A stretch of 45,394 nt of DNA from a virus (Duplodnaviria; Caudoviricetes): positions 1 to 45,394 of IMG/VR virus record IMGVR_UViG_3300031576_000095; one strand, 5' to 3'. Both the position numbers and the translations under genes were made by a program. Below the pieces are notes generated by a model, which did not search any database, had not been told where the DNA came from, and saw only the letters and a list, made by a program, of their open reading frames with translations. Below, piece after piece: positions 8,642 to 17,499 of the stretch. How positions within the stretch are numbered: the first letter of the stretch is position 1; the number at the start of each line of letters is the position of its first letter.

Positions 8642-8668
8642 TAGTCCGTTTAACGGTTAAACGATCTG
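8642..8668. repeat. 27-bp palindrome copy 6 (TAGTCCGTTTAACGGTTAAACGATCTG)
   Basis: Read directly; abuts the RBS of ORF 8680. Confidence 0.95.
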
Positions 8669-8679
8669 AAAGGAATAAG

Positions 8680-9117
8680 ATGAAACGTCTCCAGTTCGAT
8701 ATAGATGATGATGTTTTTAACCAGCTTCAACTCTACCTCTCTCACGGAGAACGCTCTCTTCTCTTCCGCCACGTCGCTAAAGACCTTTGTCAACTAATGA
8801 AAGACTTAGGCCCTGGTCTCATCCTCGCCGGAGTGATAACTGACCAGCTAAAAGCGGAAGATTATACCTCTATTTGCCACAATCTCCACTCTATATTCAA
8901 AAAATATGAGGAAACAGATGGACTTGCACAGAATAAAACCTTCCATAATGATGCTTCCGTTGCAAGAAGCAATGCAAGTAGTACAGATGAATCGAGAGTT
9001 ACGAATGACTCCTCAAGCAATGAAGGTAAAGAAATCGAAGATTTCCTCAAAGGAGATAAACTCTTCAAAGAAATCTCAAAGTTCAGTCAACTTGCTGCTA
9101 AGAGCGATAGAGAGTAA
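8680..9117 (+). CDS. putative ribbon-helix-helix regulator
   Basis: MKRLQFDIDDDVFNQL...GERSLLFRHV RHH-like N-terminus; AAAGGA RBS. Confidence 0.6.
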   Translation: MKRLQFDIDDDVFNQLQLYLSHGERSLLFRHVAKDLCQLMKDLGPGLILAGVITDQLKAEDYTSICHNLHSIFKKYEETDGLAQNKTFHNDASVARSNASSTDESRVTNDSSSNEGKEIEDFLKGDKLFKEISKFSQLAAKSDRE

Positions 9118-9175
9118 TGAGTTGAGTGAGGAACAGTTATTGGAAATTGCGGGTAAGCTTGGAGTTTCAGTATGA
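8918..9175 (+). CDS. hypothetical protein overlapping ORF 8680
   Basis: GAGG precedes ATG 8918; protein-like sequence. Confidence 0.5.
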   Translation: MDLHRIKPSIMMLPLQEAMQVVQMNRELRMTPQAMKVKKSKISSKEINSSKKSQSSVNLLLRAIESNELSEEQLLEIAGKLGVSV

Positions 9176-9380
9176 GCACAAAAAGGCATATTCATTCTAC
9201 AAAATCCAAAACTCCTTGTTGTTTTTGTACTTATAGCAGAGGAATAAATAGCGAAGATGGAAAATATTGATCTTGCGCCGCCAAAAAGGTATTAGGAGAA
9301 CCGTTTGAGATTGACAATAAGACTGATAAGGTTATTATATCTGATGATAACTGCTCTGACTTTGAACGCGAAAAAATGAG

Positions 9381-9932
9381 ATGATAATCCTCCTAGACAT
9401 TGATGGAGTCCTTGCTGACTTTGTCTCCTCTTCTCTTAAGCTCTTCAATCGTGAAGATCTCGAAATCGATAGATGGGATTTCTACGAACAGCTTGGAATA
9501 TCATCTCAGGATTTTTGGTCTCACATTGATAAGCAAGGTTTCCAGTTCTGGAGAGATGTTCCCAAAACACATTTTGCAGATAAGTTTATCTGGACTCTAC
9601 GCAAACATGGATTGTTAGAAAATACAATCTTATGTTCTTCCCCTTCTCTATCTTCAAGCAGTGCAAAGGGAAAGTTAGAATGGATACAAAAGAACTATTC
9701 AGACTTCAGCCGCCGGTATATGCTAACACCCAACAAATTCCTTCTCCAGGGAAACTTCTCCCTCATTGATAATAGTGATGAGAATTGTGAAAAATTCCAT
9801 AGAAACAATCCATTTGCAGAATACTTCAAAGTCCCTCAACCTTGGAATAGTGCAAAGATGTTTATAGGCACAAGAGTTCAGAGATTTGAGATGTTTGTTC
9901 AGAAGCTCAAGACAAAAGAATTCGGAGGATAG
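9381..9932 (+). CDS. HAD-family 5'(3')-deoxyribonucleotidase
   Basis: LLDIDGVLADF motif I, GKLEWI, LIDNS..N, PWN. Confidence 0.85.
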   Translation: MIILLDIDGVLADFVSSSLKLFNREDLEIDRWDFYEQLGISSQDFWSHIDKQGFQFWRDVPKTHFADKFIWTLRKHGLLENTILCSSPSLSSSSAKGKLEWIQKNYSDFSRRYMLTPNKFLLQGNFSLIDNSDENCEKFHRNNPFAEYFKVPQPWNSAKMFIGTRVQRFEMFVQKLKTKEFGG

Positions 9933-9933
9933 T

Positions 9934-10200
9934 ATGAATAAAATCTTAGAAGATATACACAAGTTGTTTGCACAACTTGTAGACCAGCCAAAGAAAACAT
10001 ATTGCATAGTTCGTGAAGATACAGTGAACTATTTAATTGACGAACTAAATTCATTAACAGGTGACGATTCTGTTAGAAGATACAGCTTGAATACCTTGTT
10101 AGGTATGACATTCTGTAGAGTGAATGATATGTCTATGCCAAAGGTTACTATTCTGTGCATCTATGATAATGGACAACACACCACTTTAACTATCCAATGA
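9934..10200 (+). CDS. hypothetical protein
   Basis: GGAGG precedes ATG 9934. Confidence 0.55.
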   Translation: MNKILEDIHKLFAQLVDQPKKTYCIVREDTVNYLIDELNSLTGDDSVRRYSLNTLLGMTFCRVNDMSMPKVTILCIYDNGQHTTLTIQ

Positions 10201-10706
10201 ACTTGGAGGATGATATGACACAAGAGAAACAATTAGTATGGGTTAAAAAAGATCAAGCTGAAAGATTCAACAAGCTTGAATCTGATGAGAAGAGATACGA
10301 AGCGTTTGAAGAGTACATTAAGTCTGTTTCAGCAGAAAGTTTTTTTGAGTTCAAGACAAACTTTGAAAATTTAGAGGAGGATGTAGCTATCTATACTGGT
10401 CTAATGCTAAAAGTGAAACAAACATTCGGGAAGGCAAAACATGAACAACTAATCGCTTCGTATGAACTCTGGGAAAAGTTCGAAGAAGAACTTCCAAACG
10501 TGAGAAAGAAAGTTGATAAAGTATTAGAAATATTAGAACCTCTTGTCGAAAAGCTTAATAAACTAAACAATACATTAAAGTCTATTCAGACTTATGATGT
10601 AGAGAAGCTTATTGAAACTGTTGAAAGACTGACTAATCTATATGGTACTAACAAATCCATGATCGAGTTTCTTGTAAACAACTTCAATAAGGATAAACAA
10701 CTATGA
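10197..10706 (+). CDS. coiled-coil hypothetical protein
   Basis: Heptad-rich; ATGA-coupled to the ParB-MTase gene. Confidence 0.65.
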   Translation: MNLEDDMTQEKQLVWVKKDQAERFNKLESDEKRYEAFEEYIKSVSAESFFEFKTNFENLEEDVAIYTGLMLKVKQTFGKAKHEQLIASYELWEKFEEELPNVRKKVDKVLEILEPLVEKLNKLNNTLKSIQTYDVEKLIETVERLTNLYGTNKSMIEFLVNNFNKDKQL

Positions 10707-12199
10707 TAGATCTCATCAAAGAAGTTAAAAAAATCCCTCTTTCTTCTATTGACCGTTCTAATCGCATAAGAGAAGACTTCGGAGATATTCCTTCTCTTTG
10801 GAAAGACATAGAAGAAAACGGTCTAATTCATCCTCCGGTTGTCAAACTTCACAATGGAAGCTTCAAACTCATCGCTGGAGAACGAAGAATTCTTGCACAT
10901 ATATATGGCAAGCAAGAGGAAATCTTAGTCAACATAACTGACAAAAATTTAGACCCTTATGAGATAGCAATATTAGAAGCCCGTGAGAATCGTTCTCGAA
11001 AAAATTTCAACTACGCTGAAGATGCCAAAATGACCTCGCAACTCCACGATCTATTCATTAAAAAATATGGAGCTGCCGCATCAGGTCCTGGCTTTGGTCA
11101 TAGCCTCCGCGATACTGCACAATTTCTTGGCGAAAATGTAGCTACTATCAGTCAAGATATTAAACTCGCAAAGATGATAGAGCAAGTTCCTGAACTTGGA
11201 AAGATGAAAACTCGGGCGGAAGCTCTCTCAATGCTTAAACAAGTTGAGAAACAGATGGATACTGCTCAACGAGTTGAAGAATTTCAACTAAAAGCATCTA
11301 AAACTCCTCTTGATGAGAAAAGAAAACAACTTGTTAATTCTTATATTGTAGGAGATTTTCTTGAAAAAGTTAAAGGCATTCCAGATAATCACTTCAACCT
11401 TATAGAATGCGACCCTCCTTATGGGATAGATCTTCAAAAGGCTAAAGCTCTTGATTTTCTCAACTTAGAAATGCAACAGTATGAGGAAGTTCCTCAAGCT
11501 ACTTACGCTGAGTTCATCCAATCAGTCTGCTCTGAGTGTTACAGAGTTCTCAAACCTAATAGCTGGATGCTTCTCTGGTTCGGACCTCATCCACATTTTG
11601 AAGTTGTCTATCAAGCTATTATAAGAGCAGGAGCTGTTTTTAATTCAGACGGAAAGATGATTAAGGAAGGATTCAAATGCAACAGAATCCCTATTATTTG
11701 GTACAAAGAAAACTCTTCTGCACAGACAATAGGCTACAATTACAATCTCGCTAATGCCTATGAGATGTGCTTCTATGCGAGGAAAGAAAACGCGATTATA
11801 CATAAACCCGGAATCTCCAATGTATTCTCTTATCAAACAGTAACAAGTCAGAACAAAGAACATAGGACTGAGAAACCTATCAAGATGTATGAGAAACTTC
11901 TTGAAACTTTCTCAAAACCTGGAGATAATATATTAGTCCCATTCTTAGGCTCAGGTGTTACGTTGCTTGCAGCAGCTAACACAATGAGAAAGGGAATAGG
12001 TTATGATAAAGTTGAAGAATTTAAGAACGGATTTATCACGAAGGTTCATGAGGGAGAGCCTGGAAGTTATTCAAACTCTGTTCACTCAGTAGAACAAGAT
12101 GATGAGGACTATGGAATGTGTATGAAGTGTGAGAAGAATCCAGCAGTTATATATAACTGGGAAAATGATCTGAGATTATGTAAGGAGTGTAATATATGA
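10703..12199 (+). CDS. ParB/Srx domain + HTH + beta-class amino (N6-A/N4-C) DNA methyltransferase fusion
   Basis: NRIREDFG, GLIHPPVV, LIAGERR, EN..RKN (ParB); SLRDTAQFLGENVATISQDIKLA (HTH); DPPY, H.TEKP, PFLGSG (MTase motif IV before motif I); C-terminal CxxC..CxxC. Confidence 0.88.
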   Translation: MIDLIKEVKKIPLSSIDRSNRIREDFGDIPSLWKDIEENGLIHPPVVKLHNGSFKLIAGERRILAHIYGKQEEILVNITDKNLDPYEIAILEARENRSRKNFNYAEDAKMTSQLHDLFIKKYGAAASGPGFGHSLRDTAQFLGENVATISQDIKLAKMIEQVPELGKMKTRAEALSMLKQVEKQMDTAQRVEEFQLKASKTPLDEKRKQLVNSYIVGDFLEKVKGIPDNHFNLIECDPPYGIDLQKAKALDFLNLEMQQYEEVPQATYAEFIQSVCSECYRVLKPNSWMLLWFGPHPHFEVVYQAIIRAGAVFNSDGKMIKEGFKCNRIPIIWYKENSSAQTIGYNYNLANAYEMCFYARKENAIIHKPGISNVFSYQTVTSQNKEHRTEKPIKMYEKLLETFSKPGDNILVPFLGSGVTLLAAANTMRKGIGYDKVEEFKNGFITKVHEGEPGSYSNSVHSVEQDDEDYGMCMKCEKNPAVIYNWENDLRLCKECNI

Positions 12200-12426
12200 T
12201 GAAGATAGAAGTAGATAATACGCTATTAAAAGACTGTCCTTTTTGTGGAGGAAGAGCCAAACTTTATTCGTCGAGCTTTTTTGGCAAGTTTCTTATGGAA
12301 TACGAAGTGAAATGTATAATTTGTCATACCAAAGCAGGTGAGTGCTGGTATGAATCTGTGGAAGATGCTATGGATAGATGGAACTATAGATACCATGAAA
12401 ATAGTAATGAAGCGCATAGTAGCTGA
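12196..12426 (+). CDS. Lar-family restriction alleviation-like Zn-finger protein
   Basis: LKDCPFCGG...C..C...A..RWN.R pattern. Confidence 0.7.
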   Translation: MMKIEVDNTLLKDCPFCGGRAKLYSSSFFGKFLMEYEVKCIICHTKAGECWYESVEDAMDRWNYRYHENSNEAHSS

Positions 12427-12583
12427 AATTACAGATGTTTCAGCTTTCCGCACAGAGACTCTGTTTGAAGTAGATGAGAAAGAAACTGTGGGAAGTCTAC
12501 TTAAGAGATCTGGAATTACAGGCTCAAAGGACTGGCACTTTGAACGGGCGGAGATTGTGATTAAGTTGATGAAGGAAAGTTAA
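12395..12583 (+). CDS. hypothetical protein
   Basis: ORF track 12338-12583; a downstream start is likely. Confidence 0.4.
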   Translation: MKIVMKRIVAEITDVSAFRTETLFEVDEKETVGSLLKRSGITGSKDWHFERAEIVIKLMKES

Positions 12584-12754
12584 ATCATGCTAAACAAACG
12601 TAGAAGTTGTGGCACTATTTTTGAGTCTAATCATGATCGCAAAAAAGATTACTGCCCTTTTTGCGAGAAACAGTGGAATAGATTGGGAATTAGAATAATC
12701 ATCATCACCTTCTTTATTACCTTATTACTACTATATTTAACCAGAATACTCCAA

Positions 12755-12781
12755 TAGTTCGTTTAACCGTTAAACGATCTA
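12755..12781. repeat. 27-bp palindrome copy 7 (TAGTTCGTTTAACCGTTAAACGATCTA)
   Basis: Read directly; its TAG ends a small ORF at 12587-12757. Confidence 0.95.
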
Positions 12782-12849
12782 AATGGAAATCTCACTCATC
12801 ATTCTTGGAATTATATTCTTCCTCATTTGGAAAGAAAGGAACAAGTAAG

Positions 12850-13239
12850 ATGAATAGGAAAGAAACGATTGTATCTTACAGATATACCTCGGAAGAGTAT
12901 CACGAACTAGTTTGGAACAAAAACTTGTGGATGTATCATAATATAAAAGGAGATATAATTATTAGAGTTGATATGCCAATAGAAGATAGATTTGGCTTAT
13001 GGATACGAGACACTACAAAATCTTTTCCTAAAGAAAATCAATTAGATATGACAACATTAAAATTTGATCTATTTATGATAGAACATGATACTAATGTAAT
13101 AGAAATAGAAAAGGATAAGGAACAATTCTTTGGCCATGAGCTCGTTAAAGTCTATCACGTATTAACTATAAGAAATTATCTTTTTGTTGATAAGCTCATA
13201 TACGACAAATTTCAAGAGGAAAAATGGAAGCTCTCCTAA
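12850..13239 (+). CDS. hypothetical protein
   Basis: AAAGGA precedes ATG 12850. Confidence 0.55.
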   Translation: MNRKETIVSYRYTSEEYHELVWNKNLWMYHNIKGDIIIRVDMPIEDRFGLWIRDTTKSFPKENQLDMTTLKFDLFMIEHDTNVIEIEKDKEQFFGHELVKVYHVLTIRNYLFVDKLIYDKFQEEKWKLS

Positions 13240-15743
13240 ACAAAGGTACCTACGTCTCTCCTGAAGGTTCCCTCTCTTCTCCAATCGCTATCATCGGAGA
13301 AGCCGGTGGCTCTGAAGAAGGCCGCCTTCATCGTCCCTTCGTAGGAGCTACAGGTCGAGAAGTCTTCAATCCTTGCTTATCAAGTGCAGGGATAATTCGT
13401 TGTAACTGTTATATATCAAATGTTATTAAAGAACACCCTAAAAATAATGACCTCAGCGTATTTCTAAAACTCGACAGTAAATATCCTTACGAATCTGCGG
13501 AGTACAAACAATACCTTCAAGTACTTAAAGAAGAACTTTCCTTCTTCACTGGAAACATCATTGTAGCCATGGGAAATGTAGCTCTCTACGCTCTCACTGG
13601 CTATAAAGATGTAACCAAACGTAGAGGTTCTATCTACCCTTGTACTTTAGTTGAAGGTAAAAAGGTCTTAGCTTGCATTCACCCTGCTGCTGCACTTCGC
13701 CAATATTCCTGGCGGCATCTAGTAACACGAGATCTTAAAATCGCAAAAGATGAATCTAAATTTTCTGAAATAAGAACAATAGAACGAAATATAAGAACTA
13801 AGCCTTCTGTTGTAGATTTCCGTCTCTATCTCTCTGACATCCGCAAACAAGGTTTTTGTTACTTCGACATTGAGAACACAATGTCAGACCAAGTAACTCA
13901 CTTAGGTTTCTCTCTTAGTGCAACTGACGCAATGTCTTTCCCTTTAGTATGGGAAAGAAGAAACTACCTCAATCCAGAACAAGAGCTTGAAATACTTTTA
14001 GATGTAGGAGATTTACTTGAGGATTATAAAGTAACTAAAATCGGCCAGAATCTTACACACGACTCCACAATAATGTGGGCTCGCTATGGAATAGTTACTC
14101 GCAACATTGAAGACACAATGATTGCAGCTACCATCATCAACCCTGATCTATCAAAAGGTGCTGATCTCCCTGGCCGGCGAGGTAAAAAGAAACGAGGTTT
14201 CCCTGTAGGTCTTGCCTTCCTCACCAGCTGGTACACTTGCGAGAACTACTACAAAGATGAAGGTAAGCGCTGGAAAGATGGTTCTTTTGATGATGAAGAA
14301 CATTCTCGCTATAATGGTAAAGATTGCTGCGTTACTGCAGAAATCTGGCCTAAGCAAAAGTCTGAACTCGAAAGAATGGGTAACTGGAATACCTACCAAC
14401 GGCAGAGAGATTCATTCTATTCTCTTCTCTATGCTTCATGTAGAGGTAGAAGAATAGATTCATCTCTTATTGTCAGTCTAAAGGAAGATGCAGAGAAGCG
14501 CCTAATCAATCACCTCATAGAATTAAAAACTGTAACTGGCAAAGACCTAAATCCAGTATCTTCTAAACAGCTCGTTCAACATTTTTATCTAGATAAAGGC
14601 ATAAAACCTTACACAAATAGAAAAACTCACAAACCTACTGTTGATGAAATAGCTCTCGCTCGCCTCGCTACACGAGGCTTCAAAGAAGCATCTATTATAT
14701 TAGACATCCGTGAGCTTGAGAAACTTATTGGAACTTACTACAACGTCCGCGTAGGTATAGACGGAAGAATGAGAACTTCCTATAACCCCGCTGGCACTGA
14801 AACTGGTCGTTCTTCGTCAAGTGCATTCTTAGGCTCTGATGAAGGAACTAACATGCAAAATCAACCTCCTCCAATGAAACGAGTATTCGTTGCAGACGAA
14901 GAATGTATATTAGTAGAGGTAGATAAATCTCAAGCTGAAAATAGAATCGTAGCATACACTTCAGATGATCCATCTATGATAAAGGCATTCGAAGAAAACA
15001 TAGATCTTCATAAACTAACTGCATCAGGAATCTACAATAAACCTTGGCAAGAAATATCTGAAGAGAAAGGATCATCTAAATTCTCTGGAGGCACTTACTC
15101 CGAAAGAGACGATGGGAAGAGAGCTAATCATTCTTTTAATTATGGCTTTGGGGCAGAGAGTTTTGCATTAAAGTACAGAGTTCCCCTAAAAAACGCTAAG
15201 GCTATTCGTGATGGTTACTTGCGCTTGTATAAAAATGTTCCGGCTGTTTATTGGAAATATGTTGAAGACCAATTAAAATCTAAACGCAGCATTACCAACT
15301 GTCTTGGCCGGACGAGAATCTTTCTCGACAGAATGGGCTACGATTTATTCAAAGTAGGCTACGCATTTATTCCTCAATCTACAGTTGCAGATATTATACA
15401 TCTTGGGAAACAATGGCTCTGGAATAACTCTCAACAAGGAGAATATTATGGAGAGTTATTAGGAGAGACTCATGACTCTCTAACTCTCCAATATAAAATA
15501 TCTGACCTCTTCAACGGAAAAATGGCAGAAGAATTACTCCAACTTAAACAAATCATAGAACCTCTCCTCACTTGGAAACATCGTAGTTGGGTTATACCAA
15601 CTGATATTAAGATAGGTTTCTCATTAGGAGCTTGGAGAAAGGATTTCTCAAGAGGGATGAAAGGTGTTAGTTGGGGAGGAAGTAAGATGGAATTCACTGA
15701 GAATTTAACAAAGGTGTTAAACTTTCTACAAAATGGTGTATAA
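13224..15743 (+). CDS. polA: family A DNA polymerase with N-terminal uracil-DNA glycosylase-like domain and 3'-5' exonuclease
   Basis: IIGEAGG.EE...PFVGATG, SNVIK, HPAA.LR (UDG family 4-like); FDIEN, GQN..HD, YNGKD (exo); TGRSSS, N.QN, DKSQAENR, KRANHSFNYG, THDS (pol motifs). Confidence 0.92.
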   Translation: MEALLNKGTYVSPEGSLSSPIAIIGEAGGSEEGRLHRPFVGATGREVFNPCLSSAGIIRCNCYISNVIKEHPKNNDLSVFLKLDSKYPYESAEYKQYLQVLKEELSFFTGNIIVAMGNVALYALTGYKDVTKRRGSIYPCTLVEGKKVLACIHPAAALRQYSWRHLVTRDLKIAKDESKFSEIRTIERNIRTKPSVVDFRLYLSDIRKQGFCYFDIENTMSDQVTHLGFSLSATDAMSFPLVWERRNYLNPEQELEILLDVGDLLEDYKVTKIGQNLTHDSTIMWARYGIVTRNIEDTMIAATIINPDLSKGADLPGRRGKKKRGFPVGLAFLTSWYTCENYYKDEGKRWKDGSFDDEEHSRYNGKDCCVTAEIWPKQKSELERMGNWNTYQRQRDSFYSLLYASCRGRRIDSSLIVSLKEDAEKRLINHLIELKTVTGKDLNPVSSKQLVQHFYLDKGIKPYTNRKTHKPTVDEIALARLATRGFKEASIILDIRELEKLIGTYYNVRVGIDGRMRTSYNPAGTETGRSSSSAFLGSDEGTNMQNQPPPMKRVFVADEECILVEVDKSQAENRIVAYTSDDPSMIKAFEENIDLHKLTASGIYNKPWQEISEEKGSSKFSGGTYSERDDGKRANHSFNYGFGAESFALKYRVPLKNAKAIRDGYLRLYKNVPAVYWKYVEDQLKSKRSITNCLGRTRIFLDRMGYDLFKVGYAFIPQSTVADIIHLGKQWLWNNSQQGEYYGELLGETHDSLTLQYKISDLFNGKMAEELLQLKQIIEPLLTWKHRSWVIPTDIKIGFSLGAWRKDFSRGMKGVSWGGSKMEFTENLTKVLNFLQNGV

Positions 15744-15932
15744 ATTATCACCCGTTTAATTGGCCTCAATTGCTCGTATAATGCCCATACACGATAGCAT
15801 ATTTTCACCCATACATTGGCTCGAATTTCCGGCGTTTGTTGATTGTAGGGCATTCCAGGCCGATTGAATTGAATTTTACAGGCATATTTTAACCATCAAT
15901 ACAATCCACCAAAATCTGAAAGGAGTATTACC

Positions 15933-16172
15933 ATGTCTGAAGAACTGAAGTTTGAAAATCTTGGAGAAGGAATCTACAAAAGGGCTGATGGAAAGTTTTT
16001 TTATGCTGACGAGACAGGAGAGTTTATAGGACCTTTCGATTCCGAAGAATCAGCAAGACAGATGTTAGATGATTATGAAGAATCTCTAAAGGAAGAAGAA
16101 AATTGGGAAGATGAAGAAGAAGAAGATGAGGATATAGAAGATGAACGCTGGGATGAACTTGAAGAAGAATAG
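15933..16172 (+). CDS. small highly acidic protein
   Basis: AAGGAG RBS; Glu/Asp-rich tail; its stop TAG begins palindrome copy 8. Confidence 0.7.
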   Translation: MSEELKFENLGEGIYKRADGKFFYADETGEFIGPFDSEESARQMLDDYEESLKEEENWEDEEEEDEDIEDERWDELEEE

Positions 16173-16196
16173 TCCGTTTAACCGTTAAACGATCTA
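16170..16196. repeat. 27-bp palindrome copy 8 (TAGTCCGTTTAACCGTTAAACGATCTA)
   Basis: Read directly. Confidence 0.95.
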
Positions 16197-16199
16197 ACC

Positions 16200-16291
16200 G
16201 GCGGAGAAGGGATTAAGATATCCAGTGGCAGAATATCTCCCTTGTTTGGAATCTGGCTTGCCAGCTGTAGGTTCGAATCCTACCTCCGTCG
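16200..16291 (+). ncRNA. tRNA-like RNA (acceptor and T arm only)
   Basis: GGCGGAG/CTCCGTC acceptor and GTAGG-TTCGAAT-CCTAC T arm; the interior forms non-tRNA hairpins. Confidence 0.5.
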
Positions 16292-16314
16292 CTATATACA
16301 ACATCTGGAGCATC

Positions 16315-17499
16315 ATGAGACACTTCAATGACTGGATTACTGAATATCTTCGTTTCACATCTGAGACTGAACCTACAACTCTATATCGTCTCTACGCTGC
16401 AATCTACGGTATCTCTGCTTCTCTTCAACGAAAGTGTTGGATAAACTGGCATGAAGAAATCTATCCTAATGTCTATCTCGCGTTCGCAGGACCTTCGGGT
16501 TCTCGTAAAAATACAGCTATAAACCCTATTCAAAAGATGCTACGAGAAATAACTGATGTTCGTATATCTCCTCTTGCATCTCGCAGAGGATTGTCTCTTG
16601 CAATGGAGAAAGCTAAACAAGATACTCCTTACACAAATTCACCAAGTGGGATCTTGGTTCACAGTTCTTTAGCTGTCATTGCAACTGAACTCGCTGTATT
16701 GTTTGGGAGAGATTCTGAAGATATGATAAAGAATCTTGTTAACTGGTATGATTGTCAAGCTGATTTTGATTATCTAACCGCTACACAAGGACAAGACAAG
16801 GTAATAGGTGTTTGTTTAACTATGGCCGGCGGTATAACACCTGAGCTAATAAGCTCTTCAATAAAACGAGATGTTGTAGGTACTGGCCTCTTTAGTCGCA
16901 TGATGTTTATCTTTGCTCCTAGAAAAGGAAAGATTGATATCTTTCCTTTTAAGAACAAGAAAGATCTAGACATAGAAACTAAATTGATTGAAGATCTCTA
17001 CACAATAAACAAAATGGTAGGATACTTCACAATAACTGAAGGCTTTATGGATAAATATGCACCTTGGTATACTGAACATGATGCTAAAGGTGTATTTAGA
17101 AACACTCCTCTAAGCTCCTACAGTGAACGTAGACAGGTTCATCTCTTAAAACTCTGTATGATCTCCTCCGCCTCTCGTGGAGATAGTTTTGAAATAACAG
17201 CTGAAGATTTTGATAGAGTTCTTAGTTGGTTAATATTAGCTGAGAAAGAAATGTTAAAACCGTTTAGTGGATTTGGGAAGAATGAACTTGCACAGTTTAT
17301 GCAACCTATACTTGCGTCGATAGTGCTTGATAAGGAAACATCTACATCTAAACTTCTAAATGAATTCTATAATGATCTTAACCGAGATGAACTTATGAAA
17401 ATAATGTGGACTTTGCAACAGATGGGAGAGGTTAAGATGGAAAGAAAAGGAAATGATTTTAAGGTGGTGAAAGTTAACAACGGAGAACAAACACAATGA
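16315..17499 (+). CDS. DUF3987-like P-loop NTPase (putative replication helicase/initiator) with C-terminal winged helix
   Basis: YPNVY...GPSGSRKNTA, GLFSRM; GGAG precedes ATG 16315 (the track start overlaps the tRNA-like RNA). Confidence 0.7.
   Translation: MRHFNDWITEYLRFTSETEPTTLYRLYAAIYGISASLQRKCWINWHEEIYPNVYLAFAGPSGSRKNTAINPIQKMLREITDVRISPLASRRGLSLAMEKAKQDTPYTNSPSGILVHSSLAVIATELAVLFGRDSEDMIKNLVNWYDCQADFDYLTATQGQDKVIGVCLTMAGGITPELISSSIKRDVVGTGLFSRMMFIFAPRKGKIDIFPFKNKKDLDIETKLIEDLYTINKMVGYFTITEGFMDKYAPWYTEHDAKGVFRNTPLSSYSERRQVHLLKLCMISSASRGDSFEITAEDFDRVLSWLILAEKEMLKPFSGFGKNELAQFMQPILASIVLDKETSTSKLLNEFYNDLNRDELMKIMWTLQQMGEVKMERKGNDFKVVKVNNGEQTQ

Noticed and set aside
16225-16314. N-terminal extension of the NTPase in the ORF track
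   Set aside because: It translates the tRNA-like T arm (VGSNPT); a better RBS and ATG are at 16315.
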